Below are positions 18,844 through 29,235 of a stretch of 30,930 nucleotides of DNA, piece by piece (positions within the stretch are counted from its first letter, which is position 1; the number at the start of each line of letters is the position of its first letter). Origin of the DNA: Coleofasciculus sp. B1-GNL1-01 (GTDB lineage: Bacteria > Cyanobacteriota > Cyanobacteriia > Cyanobacteriales > Coleofasciculaceae). The notes below the pieces were generated by a model. That model saw only the letters and a program-made list of their open reading frames with translations. It did not search any database and had not been told where the DNA came from. The position numbers and the translations under genes were made by a program. The stretch lies in the NCBI GenBank assembly GCA_040220235.1, contig JAVJTO010000170.1; one strand, 5' to 3'.

Positions 18844-19755
18844 GTGCGTTACAAAATTTGTCATACCACAACCTATACCTATAATCAGCCCGTTATATTA
18901 AAACCCCATATCATCAGGCTACGTCCCCGGTGTGACGGGACTCAGACAATGCATTCGTTTAGATTGGAGATTGAACCTAAACCTGAGAAAATTGCTGAGA
19001 TTATTGAACTCGATGGAAACGCGATCGCGAAACTTTTATTTAATACCAGCACCGAACAATTAACGATCAGCGCTACATCCGTTGTGGAAACCTGTCGAAC
19101 TAATCCCGATAGCATTCAACTCGAATCCTGGGCGACTCAGTTACCGATTAATTATCCCGACTACTGGTTCTCTCAGTTACAGCCTTATCAGCAATTTTAT
19201 GACCCTACCTCCGGGAATTCGATCAAGCAATTAGCCCAAGATCTTTACCATCAAGTTAATGGCGATACCGTTAACTTTGTCAAAACACTAAACCAACATC
19301 TCTACAGCCATTGTAAACCCCAGTATCGGGAAAAAGGTGCGCCTCGGTCTCCCCGTAAAACCTGGGACTTAAAGAAAGGCTCTTGTCGCGATTTAGCGGT
19401 ACTATTCATGGATGTTTGTCGGGTGATGGGATTAGGCGCACGGTTTGTTAGTGGGTATCAGGAAGGGAATCTAGAACGATCGCAACGATATCTTCATGCT
19501 TGGGTAGAAATTTACTTACCGGGTGCAGGCTGGCAAGGCTATGATCCTAATCAAGGTGTTATTGTTACAGATCGCCATATTCCCCTCGTGGCTTGTGCTA
19601 TACCCCGATATGCTGCTCCGATTTCCGGTGCGATCGCGACGACGAAATCGGTGGGTGAAGGGGGTAATAAAATTGAGTCAGATATGAAAATTAATTTGTC
19701 GATTGCCAGAGATGAATATAGCGGTTTTCAGTCCGATACAATACATTTAACATAA
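18844..19755 (+). CDS. Transglutaminase-like protein with bacterial N-terminal domain
   Basis: Y.I.H.T.Y.Y N-domain; triad GSCRD (Cys), HAWVE (His), GYDP (Asp); ARFVSGY. Confidence 0.92.
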   Translation: MRYKICHTTTYTYNQPVILKPHIIRLRPRCDGTQTMHSFRLEIEPKPEKIAEIIELDGNAIAKLLFNTSTEQLTISATSVVETCRTNPDSIQLESWATQLPINYPDYWFSQLQPYQQFYDPTSGNSIKQLAQDLYHQVNGDTVNFVKTLNQHLYSHCKPQYREKGAPRSPRKTWDLKKGSCRDLAVLFMDVCRVMGLGARFVSGYQEGNLERSQRYLHAWVEIYLPGAGWQGYDPNQGVIVTDRHIPLVACAIPRYAAPISGAIATTKSVGEGGNKIESDMKINLSIARDEYSGFQSDTIHLT

Positions 19756-19776
19756 GTCAATGTTCACCAATCGACT

Positions 19777-21267
19777 ATGGTACAAGCACTCACCCCAACC
19801 ACCACCGCAACGGATTTGGCTCAACTGGCGATTGATTTAATTCGTCAAGCTGGCTGTGAATACGGCGATGTCCGATTTTGCACCTACCGCCATCAAAATC
19901 TTTATGCCCGCGATCGCTCCCTGAGTCAACTTTGTGATAATGTTAGTGCTGGCTTTGGGGTGCGGGTGTTATTGGATGGGGCGTGGGGTTTTGCAGCCAG
20001 TCCCTATAAAACACCAGCAGAGGTGGAACGGATTGTCACCTTAGCCGTGGAAATCGCCAAGGGGAGTCGCCTGTCTCAGCAGACAGGGGTGCAACTGGTT
20101 CCTGTCGCCGCCTATCAGGATACCTACGTCACTCCGATGGACATTGATCCCTTTAGTATCCCGATTACTGAAAAAGCTGATCTACTGTTGCATATTAATG
20201 ACCAACTGCTGGGTTATGGCGAACGGGGGATTAAAAAGGCATATTCGTATTTACAATTTACCAAGGAAGATAAGACCTTTGCTTCGACGGAAGGTTCGCT
20301 GATTCACCAAACGCTGTATCGGACGTATCCTGGATTTGGTTGCAGTGCGATCGCCAATGGAGATGCTCAAAATCGCAGCTATGAACGTCCGCCGATGAAT
20401 AAGGGCTATGAGCATGTTATCCGAGCGGATTTACTCTCTCAAGTGGAACGAGTTGCGGAAGAGGCGATTGAAAAAGTCCATGCACCGAAAAGTCCCTCTG
20501 GTATTCGCACCACGCTAATTCTGAAACCGACAAACCTGTGGTTAACGATTCATGAATCCGTCGGACATCCCACAGAATTAGATCGAGTATACGGCTATGA
20601 AGCCAACTTTGCTGGCACCAGTTTCGCCACCACTGATAAATTAGGGAAACTCCAGTATGCTGCACCTTGGGTCAATTTCAAAGCCGATCGCACCCAACCT
20701 GGTGGACGCAGTACCATGGGGTATGATGACGAGGGCGTACCATCACAAGAGTGGTACGTTGTCAGGGACGGAATTTTAGTTGATTATTTGACTGATCGCG
20801 AAACCGCCTATCGATTGGGGCGAGGCAGTAGTAATGGTAGCGCCTTTGCCGATAGTTGGTCAAGTGTACCGATGGTACGCATTCCCAATTTAGGCTTAGA
20901 ACCGGGAGTCGAGGGGAGAAGTCATACGGCGACATTAGCCGAAATGATTGCTGATACCGAGGATGGTATTTTAATTGATGGCATTGGCAGTTTTTCTATT
21001 GATCAGCAACGGCGTAATTTTCAGTTTGGTGGCGATGCATTTTGGAAGGTAGAAAAGGGTAAAGTGGTAGGAATGTTAAAAGATGTCACCTATCATTCCA
21101 TGACCACAGACTTTTGGAATAGTGTAGACGCGATCGGACCTAAGTCTGAATGGCAACAATGTGGGACGAATTTATGTGGTAAAGGTGAACCCATGCAAAT
21201 CGCCCAAATGACCCATGCTTGTGTTCCGGTGCGGGTGCGAAATATCCACATCGGCGGCGCATCTTAA
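19777..21267 (+). CDS. tldD: TldD/PmbA family metalloprotease (catalytic TldD-type)
   Basis: G.GVRVL..GAWGFA, HESVGH (HExxxH), YDDEG, C-terminal CGKGEP. Confidence 0.88.
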   Translation: MVQALTPTTTATDLAQLAIDLIRQAGCEYGDVRFCTYRHQNLYARDRSLSQLCDNVSAGFGVRVLLDGAWGFAASPYKTPAEVERIVTLAVEIAKGSRLSQQTGVQLVPVAAYQDTYVTPMDIDPFSIPITEKADLLLHINDQLLGYGERGIKKAYSYLQFTKEDKTFASTEGSLIHQTLYRTYPGFGCSAIANGDAQNRSYERPPMNKGYEHVIRADLLSQVERVAEEAIEKVHAPKSPSGIRTTLILKPTNLWLTIHESVGHPTELDRVYGYEANFAGTSFATTDKLGKLQYAAPWVNFKADRTQPGGRSTMGYDDEGVPSQEWYVVRDGILVDYLTDRETAYRLGRGSSNGSAFADSWSSVPMVRIPNLGLEPGVEGRSHTATLAEMIADTEDGILIDGIGSFSIDQQRRNFQFGGDAFWKVEKGKVVGMLKDVTYHSMTTDFWNSVDAIGPKSEWQQCGTNLCGKGEPMQIAQMTHACVPVRVRNIHIGGAS

Positions 21268-21330
21268 TCCGTTTGTAGTTCGTAGTAAAGGAACCTTAGC
21301 CTTTCAACGTTTCAACGAAGCCAATAACCC

Positions 21331-21590
21331 TTGAATAAAGGGCGGGTTTTGTTGCTCAGTTATTGGTAACCCGCCCAATTGAATCCCTAAACCCGCCCCT
21401 ACGAATGGATATTGGGGGAATCTGGGATAATTATTAAGCGCGATCGCCTATCGTAATCTGTAGGGTGGGTTAGGCGGGATTTAATTGAAGCGCCATTGAA
21501 TAAAGGGCGGATTTTGTTGCTCAGTTATCGGTAACCCTCCCAATTGAATCCCTAAACCCGCCCCTACGATAGAACTATCCGCCGTAACCC
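21331..21590. repeat. Two copies of a 74-bp REP unit, the second embedded in a GTAGGGTGGGTTA...TAACCCACC element
   Basis: TTGAATAAAGGGCGG...AAACCCGCCCCTACGA at 21331-21404 and 21496-21569. Confidence 0.85.
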
Positions 21591-21619
21591 ACCGATATTC
21601 AGGCTGAAAATGTCTTAAA

Positions 21620-21958
21620 ATGGAGCCAAGCCTGATAATTAAATTGTGGAGTGGTTGCGAAAAGTTCGCGCTACTTATTTCCACCAAGGTTCAACAAGTC
21701 ATTAGAGACATTCATCAACGATTTAATCAGGATGACTTTATTTCACCCACAGCAACTGCCAACTCAACCCTTAATCCTCATCTAGAAATCAAAACCCAGT
21801 ATCTTTATGGCAAGGAAGTGGAGATAATTATTAATCAAGGAACCGTAATTGGAGTTATCAGTGCTAATAAAATTTCCCAACCCAGTCGGCATAAATTGAA
21901 CCAAGCAGGTATTGCGTTTGCCGAAAATATACCCAAATCAGTATTTACCCATTCCTAA
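21620..21958 (+). CDS. Hypothetical protein (start uncertain)
   Basis: 112-aa ORF; C-terminal half has a beta-helix-beta pattern (IGVISA..IS..SR.KL..AGI.FAE); 18 bp upstream of the next ORF. Confidence 0.55.
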   Translation: MEPSLIIKLWSGCEKFALLISTKVQQVIRDIHQRFNQDDFISPTATANSTLNPHLEIKTQYLYGKEVEIIINQGTVIGVISANKISQPSRHKLNQAGIAFAENIPKSVFTHS

Positions 21959-21976
21959 TCGGAGAGAGGATAACTT

Positions 21977-22342
21977 ATGTTAAGCATTAATTTCTATGGA
22001 GAAAACGGAGAATCCCCGAAAAGCATTCGGGTGGGAGAAGATTTTTATCAGTGGTTAGCCTATTCAGATTTTGCTCAAGTTGGGCGTTCCCAACTGACGA
22101 CGATTTGTGTTGATGGAGAAGAAATAGAACTCCCACTGCTTCCCTTAACCAGCACCACAAGAAGTATGTTGATTGCCCTTTTTAATGAAATGATTTTGAC
22201 AGAAACAGCCGCTATGTTAACCGACTTAGAAAAAGCGGTTTCTCAAAAACTATTAGAGCCAAGAACTTATCGGTTAAAAAAGCTTTTGGCGTTGTTGAAT
22301 TGCTGTAAAGACAACGGTTTCGCTTACTTGCAGAGGGAATAA
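21977..22342 (+). CDS. Hypothetical protein (121 aa)
   Basis: ATG with GAGAGGA RBS; closely coupled to the upstream ORF. Confidence 0.75.
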   Translation: MLSINFYGENGESPKSIRVGEDFYQWLAYSDFAQVGRSQLTTICVDGEEIELPLLPLTSTTRSMLIALFNEMILTETAAMLTDLEKAVSQKLLEPRTYRLKKLLALLNCCKDNGFAYLQRE

Positions 22343-22394
22343 TGAGGGCAGGCTACAGAATACAGCAATTCCTTCTTAGTAAGGGATGCGAGCC

Positions 22395-22585
22395 TTTAAA
22401 AATGTTCAACGAAGGCAATAATCCTTTAAAACTATCCGCCGTAACTCTAATCTGTAGGGTGGGTTAGGCGGGATTTAGTTAGGCGGGATTTATTTAATTG
22501 AGGCGCCATTGAATAAAGGGCGGGTTTTGTTGCTCAGTTATCGGTAACCCTCCCAATTGAATCCCTAAACCCGCCCCTACGATAG
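22395..22585. repeat. Third copy of the 74-bp REP unit and its flanks
   Basis: 22448-22585 nearly duplicates 21454-21572; 74-bp unit at 22509-22582. Confidence 0.85.
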
Positions 22586-22721
22586 GTTAACAAATTCTGA
22601 ATTCAACTTTTATCGGGTTCGCGATCGCACTCCGGTTGAAATGGTTTGAGCAAAGGGGTTCTCTTTCATTAAGATACTACCTTTTTGATAATTGATCAAG
22701 CGTCACCTTTAACAGCATTCA

Positions 22722-22735
22722 GTATCAGAATATAC
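22722..22735 (+). promoter_or_regulatory. Candidate NtcA box upstream of gltB
   Basis: A-GTA-TCAGAATA-TAC-T, exact GTA-N8-TAC, about 360 bp before the gltB ATG; no clean -10 at the canonical spacing. Confidence 0.45.
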
Positions 22736-22867
22736 TGTTTTTTTGAAGCATTTTCCAACAAAACTCAACCCTCCACTAAATTAAAGCCAAATCCCCCAAA
22801 TCTTATCGTTTTGTTAAAGCTTGGCTTGTACTTCTGGTGGAGTTGGTTTATCGTAATCCCACAGGCT

Positions 22868-23062
22868 TGTGGTGTCGCAGCGGGATACCCTCCCGAAAAG
22901 GCAGGAGGCTACAAGGCAAGGAGGCAGAAGGTAGAAGAAAGGAATGCTTGTACAGTAAGCTGTTGCACCTTTTTCCACTGGATACTGATTTCCGCTACGT
23001 TGCACCAGATAGCTTTCCAACCTCTACACTGAAAAACGGGCGCAGGTCCTTGCGCCCCTACA
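22868..23062. repeat. Degenerate MITE-like element plus REP hairpin in the gltB leader
   Basis: Imperfect IR TGGTGTCGCAGCGGGA / TTCCGCTACGTTGCACCA; GGCAG(G/A)A heptamers; GGGCGCAGG-T-CCTTGCGCCC-CTACA. Confidence 0.5.
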
Positions 23063-23091
23063 ACCCTCGTCATTTTTGGGTCATTTTTAAG

Positions 23092-26000
23092 ATGAAAAGC
23101 AACCAACTGCCAAAAAAACAAGGTTTATACGATCCACAATTTGAACACGATGCGTGCGGTGTCGGATTTGTCGTGCAGATGAAGGGGAATCAGTCCCACG
23201 ATATCGTGGAACAAGCGCTAACGATTCTGGCAAACTTGGAACATCGCGGCGCGTGTGGTTGTGAACCGAACACTGGAGATGGTGCAGGGATTTTAATCCA
23301 AATCCCGGATCAGTTTATGCGGAAAGTCGCCGCCGCTGATAATATTACCCTACCGGAAGCGGGTCAGTATGGGGTGGGGGCGATTTTTACCTCCCCTGAT
23401 CCGATGATTCGCCAGCAGAGTCGCCAGATTTTTGAGAAAATTGCCACGGAAGAAGGGCAAAGGGTTCTAGGGTGGCGGGATGTTCCCGTGGATAATTCGC
23501 CCCTGGGAAGTATCGCTAAACTGGGTGAACCGTTTATGCAACAGGTGTTCATCCAGCGTTCCTCAAATCTGGCTGATGATCTGTCCTTTGAACGGAAACT
23601 CTATGTGATCCTGAAACGGGCGGAAAAAGAACTGAGTAAGTCAGAGATTGACCCCTGTTGGTACACGGCTAGCCTCTCCTGTCGCACGATTGTGTACAAA
23701 GGGATGCTGACGCCGATACAGGTGGGACAATATTATCCCGAACTCCATGATCCGGATCTCAAAAGCGCCCTAGCCTTAGTGCATTCCCGATTTAGTACCA
23801 ATACCTTCCCCAGTTGGGAACGCGCCCACCCCTATCGCTACATCGCCCATAATGGGGAAATTAATACCTTACGGGGTAATATTAACTGGATGCACGCCCG
23901 ACAGTCGCTGTTTAAGTCCAAGCTGTTTGGCGATGACTTGGAGAAAATTCAGCCCGTTATTGATTTAGAGGGGAGTGACTCAGCGATATTCGACAACTCC
24001 CTCGAAATGTTAGTCCTGTCTGGGCGTTCCTTACCCCATGCGGTAATGATGATGATTCCAGAACCTTGGACGAATCATGAGTCGATGAGTGATGAGACAA
24101 AGGCATTCTATGAGTATCACTCCTGTCTCATGGAACCCTGGGATGGTCCAGCTTCCATTGCCTTTACTGATGGTACGACGATTGGGGCAGTTTTGGATCG
24201 CAATGGGTTGCGTCCATCGCGGTATTATGTCACCAAAGATGATCGGGTAATTATGGCATCGGAAGCCGGAGTTTTACCCGTGGAACCCGAAGACGTGGCG
24301 TTTAAAGGGCGCTTGCAACCCGGGCGGATGTTCTTGGTGAATATGGAAGAAGGGCGGATTATTGCTGATGAGGAATTGAAACAGGCAATTATTACCGAAC
24401 ATCCCTATCAAGCGTGGATTGACGAATACATGGTGGAACTGGCACAGTTAAAGGATGCGCCAGAGGTAGCCCAACCGGAACCCGACACCCTGATTCAACG
24501 GCAAGTCGCCTTTGGCTATACCTTCGAGGAATTGCGGATGCTGATGGCACCGATGGCACAGAATGGGGTGGAAGCTGTGGGTTCGATGGGTTCAGATACG
24601 CCCTTGGCGGTGCTATCCGATCGCCCGAAGTTACTTTACAATTATTTCCAGCAACTCTTCGCCCAAGTCACCAATCCCCCGATTGATTCGATTCGGGAAG
24701 AAATTATCACCTCAGCCGAAACCACAATTGGTTCAGAACGCAACTTACTTGAACCTGAACCCCAGAGTTGTCATTTAATTGAACTGAAAACGCCGATTCT
24801 CACCAACGAGGAATTGGCAAAGCTGAAATATGTCTCCGAAGGGGAGTTTAAATCCATTACCCTTCCGATTCTATTTGACCCCAAGGCTGGGGTGAAGGGA
24901 TTGGAAACGGCGATGGAGGAGATTTTCGCCAAAGCGGATCAGGCGATCGCAGAGGGGACGACTATAATTATTTTGAGCGATCGCGGCATTGATAAAGACC
25001 ATGCACCCATCCCCGCTTTACTGGCGGTGGCGGGATTACATCACCACCTAATCCGCAAAAAGACACGTACCAAGGTGGGAATCGTCTTAGAATCCGGAGA
25101 ACCTCGCGAAGTTCATCATCATGCGCTGCTTATCGGGTATGGCTGCGGTGGGATTAATCCCTATCTGATCTATGAAACCATTGACGATATGATCAGCCAG
25201 GGCTTGCTGGAGAATATTGATCGCAAGACAGCCCAGAAAAACTATATCAAAGCCGCCACCAAAGGGGTAATTAAAGTCGCCTCCAAGATTGGCATTTCCA
25301 CGATTCAAAGCTATCGCGGCGCCCAAATCTTTGAAACCATTGGACTCAAACAAGCCCTGGTTGATAAATATTTTACCTGGACAGCCACCCGGATTGAAGG
25401 GGCGGATTTAGACGTAATTGCCCAAGAAGCCATTATGCGTCATCGCCACGCCTTCCCAGATCGAGAGGTGAATGGACATACCCTAGATGCAGGCGGCGAA
25501 TATCAGTGGCGTAAAGACGGTGAGGCACACCTATTAAGCCCCCAAACCATCCACGCCCTACAAAACGCCGTGCGTCAGGGAAGTTATGAGTCCTATAAAG
25601 AGTATTCTGCCCTAATTAATGAGCAGACCAAGCAACATTTTACCCTACGTGGACTCCTACAATTCAAGAAACGCGACCCGATTCCCTTAGAGGAAGTCGA
25701 ACCCGTGGAGGCGATTACCCGACGCTTCAAAACTGGGGCGATGAGTTATGGTTCCATTTCTAAAGAAGCACATGAATCCCTAGCCATCGCCATGAACCGA
25801 ATTGGCGGGAAATCCAATACCGGGGAAGGGGGAGAAGATCCCGAACGCTATACCTGGACGAATGAACAGGGCGATTCTAAGAATAGCGCGATTAAACAAG
25901 TCGCATCGGGGCGGTTTGGCGTCAACAGTTTGTATTTGTCTCAAGCCAAGGAACTCCAAATCAAGATGGCGCAGGGGGCGAAACCGGGAGAAGGGGGACA

Positions 26001-27681
26001 GTTACCGGGGCGCAAGGTGTATCCTTGGATTGCCAAAGTCCGCAACTCGACGCCAGGAGTGGGGTTAATCTCGCCACCGCCGCACCACGATATCTACTCA
26101 ATTGAAGACTTAGCCGAATTAATTCATGACTTGAAAAACGCCAACCGTGACGCCCGGATTAATGTGAAACTGGTGTCTGAGGTGGGAGTGGGAACCATCG
26201 CGGCGGGGGTTGCCAAAGCCCATGCGGATGTGGTACTGATTTCCGGTTTTGATGGCGGAACGGGTGCATCGCCGCAAACCTCGATTAAACACGCCGGATT
26301 ACCCTGGGAATTAGGGGTGGCGGAAACCCATCAAACCTTGGTATTAAATGATCTGCGATCGCGGATTGTCGTGGAAACCGATGGTCAAATGAAAACCGGG
26401 CGCGATGTGGTCATGGCGGCGCTATTAGGGGCAGAGGAATTTGGCTTCTCTACGGCACCTCTCGTGACCCTGGGCTGCATTATGATGCGAGTTTGTCAAA
26501 AAAACACCTGTCCAGCGGGAATTGCCACTCAGAACCCGGTGCTGCGTCAGAGTTTCATCGGCAATCCGGATCATACGGTAAACTTCATGACCTTTGTCGC
26601 CCAAGAAGTGCGGGAAATCATGGCACAACTGGGATTCCGCACCCTGAATGAAATGGTGGGGCGTGTAGATGTCTTAGAAGCGAAGCAGGCGGTGGATCAT
26701 TGGAAGGCGAAGGGATTGGATTTATCCCAAATTCTCTATCAACCGGATGTGGGACCCGAAATTGGGCGCTACTGTCAAATTCCCCAGGATCATGGGTTGG
26801 ATAAGTCCCTGGATATGAGGGTTCTACTAGACTTATGCAAAGGTGCGATCGCCAAGGGTGAAAAAGTAACCGCTACCCTACCGATTCAGAATACCAATCG
26901 GGCGGTTGGCACGATTTTAGGCAATGAAATCACCAAGCGCCATTGGCAGGGGTTACCGGAGGATACCATCCATCTGCATTTCCAAGGAAGTGCAGGTCAA
27001 AGCTTTGGCGCATTTGTCCCCAAGGGTGTCACCTTAGAACTCGAAGGAGATGCTAATGACTACTTTGGCAAAGGATTATCTGGCGGTAAATTAATCCTCT
27101 ATCCCCCCGCCCGTTCCACCTTTGTCCCCCGTGAAAATATCATCGTCGGGAATGTCGCCCTCTATGGCGCAACCGGGGGTGAAGTCTATATTCGGGGAAT
27201 GGCAGGTGAACGGTTCTGTGTTCGCAACTCAGGGGTTAACGCGGTGGTGGAAGCCGTGGGTGATCATGGTTGCGAATATATGACGGGCGGTAAAGTAGTG
27301 GTTTTGGGTCCAACTGGGCGCAACTTTGCCGCTGGAATGAGTGGCGGTGTCGCCTATGTGTTGGATGAACAGGGTGATTTTGCCACTCGTTGCAATACCC
27401 AGATGTCCGACTTGGAAAAACTGGAAGATGAGGAGGAAATTGAAATCATCCACCAAATGATTGCCAAACACGTCGAGTACACCAAGAGTCAACTAGGGTT
27501 AACCATCTTGGCGAATTGGACAGAAATGGTGCCGAAGTTTGTCAAGGTGATACCCAGGGATTACAAGCGGGTACTAACTTGTCTGCATAAAGCCGAAGAA
27601 GCCGGATTAAGTGGCGATGATGCGCTGACGGCGGCGTTTGAAGAAAACGCCCGCGATTTAGCCCGGATTAGCGGTAGCTAG
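23092..27681 (+). CDS. gltB: Glutamate synthase large subunit
   Basis: EHDACGVGF (N-terminal Cys nucleophile after processing), [39 protein letters not shown] [3Fe-4S], GXGXG domain. ATG at 23092 preferred. Confidence 0.96.
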   Translation: MKSNQLPKKQGLYDPQFEHDACGVGFVVQMKGNQSHDIVEQALTILANLEHRGACGCEPNTGDGAGILIQIPDQFMRKVAAADNITLPEAGQYGVGAIFTSPDPMIRQQSRQIFEKIATEEGQRVLGWRDVPVDNSPLGSIAKLGEPFMQQVFIQRSSNLADDLSFERKLYVILKRAEKELSKSEIDPCWYTASLSCRTIVYKGMLTPIQVGQYYPELHDPDLKSALALVHSRFSTNTFPSWERAHPYRYIAHNGEINTLRGNINWMHARQSLFKSKLFGDDLEKIQPVIDLEGSDSAIFDNSLEMLVLSGRSLPHAVMMMIPEPWTNHESMSDETKAFYEYHSCLMEPWDGPASIAFTDGTTIGAVLDRNGLRPSRYYVTKDDRVIMASEAGVLPVEPEDVAFKGRLQPGRMFLVNMEEGRIIADEELKQAIITEHPYQAWIDEYMVELAQLKDAPEVAQPEPDTLIQRQVAFGYTFEELRMLMAPMAQNGVEAVGSMGSDTPLAVLSDRPKLLYNYFQQLFAQVTNPPIDSIREEIITSAETTIGSERNLLEPEPQSCHLIELKTPILTNEELAKLKYVSEGEFKSITLPILFDPKAGVKGLETAMEEIFAKADQAIAEGTTIIILSDRGIDKDHAPIPALLAVAGLHHHLIRKKTRTKVGIVLESGEPREVHHHALLIGYGCGGINPYLIYETIDDMISQGLLENIDRKTAQKNYIKAATKGVIKVASKIGISTIQSYRGAQIFETIGLKQALVDKYFTWTATRIEGADLDVIAQEAIMRHRHAFPDREVNGHTLDAGGEYQWRKDGEAHLLSPQTIHALQNAVRQGSYESYKEYSALINEQTKQHFTLRGLLQFKKRDPIPLEEVEPVEAITRRFKTGAMSYGSISKEAHESLAIAMNRIGGKSNTGEGGEDPERYTWTNEQGDSKNSAIKQVASGRFGVNSLYLSQAKELQIKMAQGAKPGEGGQLPGRKVYPWIAKVRNSTPGVGLISPPPHHDIYSIEDLAELIHDLKNANRDARINVKLVSEVGVGTIAAGVAKAHADVVLISGFDGGTGASPQTSIKHAGLPWELGVAETHQTLVLNDLRSRIVVETDGQMKTGRDVVMAALLGAEEFGFSTAPLVTLGCIMMRVCQKNTCPAGIATQNPVLRQSFIGNPDHTVNFMTFVAQEVREIMAQLGFRTLNEMVGRVDVLEAKQAVDHWKAKGLDLSQILYQPDVGPEIGRYCQIPQDHGLDKSLDMRVLLDLCKGAIAKGEKVTATLPIQNTNRAVGTILGNEITKRHWQGLPEDTIHLHFQGSAGQSFGAFVPKGVTLELEGDANDYFGKGLSGGKLILYPPARSTFVPRENIIVGNVALYGATGGEVYIRGMAGERFCVRNSGVNAVVEAVGDHGCEYMTGGKVVVLGPTGRNFAAGMSGGVAYVLDEQGDFATRCNTQMSDLEKLEDEEEIEIIHQMIAKHVEYTKSQLGLTILANWTEMVPKFVKVIPRDYKRVLTCLHKAEEAGLSGDDALTAAFEENARDLARISGS

Positions 27682-27691
27682 TCCAGCCTTA

Positions 27692-27844
27692 CGTAGGGTG
27701 CGTTAGCGAAGCGTAACGCACCATTTCCCCAAGGTTTAATCACAGGGAAGCGTAACGCACCATTTCCCCAGGGTTTGATCACAGGGCGACCCGAGTCAAT
27801 TGAATGGACAGCGTTGTTCATTGATGCAGGCGGGTCGCCCCTAC
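27692..27844. repeat. REP cluster with a 39-bp tandem duplication
   Basis: GGTGCGTTA-GCGAAGCG-TAACGCACC hairpin; 27708-27746 duplicated at 27747-27785; GGGCGACCCG...CGGGTCGCCC-CTAC. Confidence 0.8.
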
Positions 27845-27877
27845 CGATCAACCGATACACGCCTAGAAAAAGCGGTC

Positions 27878-28210
27878 ATGAAAATTCCTAATCGCGATCG
27901 CGCTATTATTGAATCATCCAAATTAACGGAATATCTGCTAAATCCAGACCATAAGCGAGGCGGCACTAAAGCCAAACTTTTAATTCAATGCGGCTATTCT
28001 CAAGAAAAATATCAGCAATTAGAAACCGATATTCGTGCTTATCATCTATCGGAAGATATTGATATTGTGAAAGAAACGGCTTATGGAACGCGATATGAAA
28101 TCAGTGCTTATCTTTCTACACCTGTCGGTAGACAACTGCTTGTCCGGACGATTTGGCAAATAGATAAAGGTACAGATTTCCCCCGTTTGATTACGTTGAT
28201 TCCTGATTAA
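27878..28210 (+). CDS. DUF6883-like protein
   Basis: A.I...KL..YLLN..H..G..KA......GY, YGTRY, V.T.W..D.....PRLIT pattern; ATG at 27878. Confidence 0.75.
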   Translation: MKIPNRDRAIIESSKLTEYLLNPDHKRGGTKAKLLIQCGYSQEKYQQLETDIRAYHLSEDIDIVKETAYGTRYEISAYLSTPVGRQLLVRTIWQIDKGTDFPRLITLIPD

Positions 28211-28229
28211 TCGGTGAATAGAGGATACC

Positions 28230-28478
28230 ATGGATTACGAACTTTATTCAGACGTTATCTTGCTTGGCGATATTCCTGAAGCTGGACTTTATGCAGGTGA
28301 TATCGGTACAGTTGTCGAAAAACATAACGTTGCTGAATTAGAAACGGGTTATAGTGTTGAATTTTTTGATATGTTAGGCAATACCGTAGCCGTTATGACT
28401 CTACCTGAAAGTTCCCTCCGTTCACCAACTCATGCAGACCGACCAACGGTTAGACAAATTAATAATTTTGCCGCGTAG
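28230..28478 (+). CDS. DUF4926-like small protein
   Basis: LY.DV.L..DIPE.GL.AGDIGTVVE, GYSVEFFD..G.T.AV; RBS GAGG. Confidence 0.8.
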   Translation: MDYELYSDVILLGDIPEAGLYAGDIGTVVEKHNVAELETGYSVEFFDMLGNTVAVMTLPESSLRSPTHADRPTVRQINNFAA

Positions 28479-28512
28479 CGAATCAGATATGAAAATTATC
28501 AACGTGGAAAGA

Positions 28513-28661
28513 GAGCCTTGAAATAAATTTCAGGCTCAAAGCTCAAGTAAGCTAAAGCTTACTGAACTCTTGGATAAAGTTATTAACCCGTTTTAACGGG
28601 TTTTAGCTCTTAGCCCGTAGACGCGGAGCGGCTTCTCTTCGAGTATTTTAATTCAGGGCTA
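28513..28661. mobile_element. Multi-hairpin MITE-like element with nested small repeat
   Basis: GAGCCTTGAAAT/ATTTCAGGCTC, AGTAAGCT/AGCTTACT, AACCCGTT/AACGGGTT, TAGCCC...GGGCTA interrupted by GTAGACGCGGAGCGGCTTCTCTTCGAGTA. Confidence 0.65.
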
Positions 28662-28663
28662 AC

Positions 28664-29104
28664 TCTCGACTTCAGAGTAAGTTGATTCAATCCATTAATA
28701 ATGTCAGCGAAGCCGAACAACTTGCTTATGCGTTTCCTGAATTGCGTTGCACCTTTGGCGGACGGTCAATTGTTGCCGATATAGCGGTTCTGCGGTGGGA
28801 ACATATTCAGTTTGATCAACAGGGCGAACCCCTTGATGATGTGGTCATCCCGCCAGATTGGATGATTGAAATTCTCTCACCCAACCAAAGTTCTAATCAG
28901 GTTACAGGTAATATTCTGCACGCGCTCAAGTATGGGTGTCAATTGGGATGGCTACTTGACCCAGAGGATCGTTCAATTTTAGTGTTTATGCCTCAACAAC
29001 AACCAGAGTTAAAGAATAATCGTGATGCGTTAATTGGGTTAGAAGGCATTCCATTAACGTTAACCGTTGAGCAAGTTTTTGGTTGGTTAAAAATGAAAAA
29101 ATAG
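28664..29104 (+). pseudogene. 5'-truncated Uma2 (DUF820) family endonuclease
   Basis: Frame reads SRLQSKLIQSIN...AFPELRCTFGGRSIVADIAV...PDWMIEILSP...GWLLDP. The usual N-terminal LEEFL/EY..G/KPMP segment is absent and repeat DNA lies in its place. Confidence 0.75.
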
Positions 29105-29235
29105 CATTTTTATGAGTGTTTTATTGTGGGATTGGGGCGGTGTCAGGTATGGTCAACGTAGAACCCGCAAGACTTCGTGGATTTTGCCTCTGTTGTAAAT
29201 TGTTACATTCTGCTGAAACCTTTATATGTTACATT

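Noticed and set aside
21331..22582. Three 74-bp repeats as a CRISPR array
   Set aside because: Units are too long, spacing is irregular (91 bp and about 940 bp), they belong to the GGGCGGGTTT/AAACCCGCCC REP family, and there are no cas genes.
22837..23091. 85-codon N-terminal extension of gltB
   Set aside because: It runs through MITE/REP DNA; ATG 23092 gives the normal short propeptide before the catalytic Cys.
27800..27877. Longer TTG start for the DUF6883-like gene and ORF 27678..27860 (-)
   Set aside because: Both lie in the REP cluster and its 39-bp tandem duplication.
29194..29207. NtcA site TGTAAATTGTTACA
   Set aside because: Spacing is GTA-N6-TAC rather than N8, and it lies between convergent genes.
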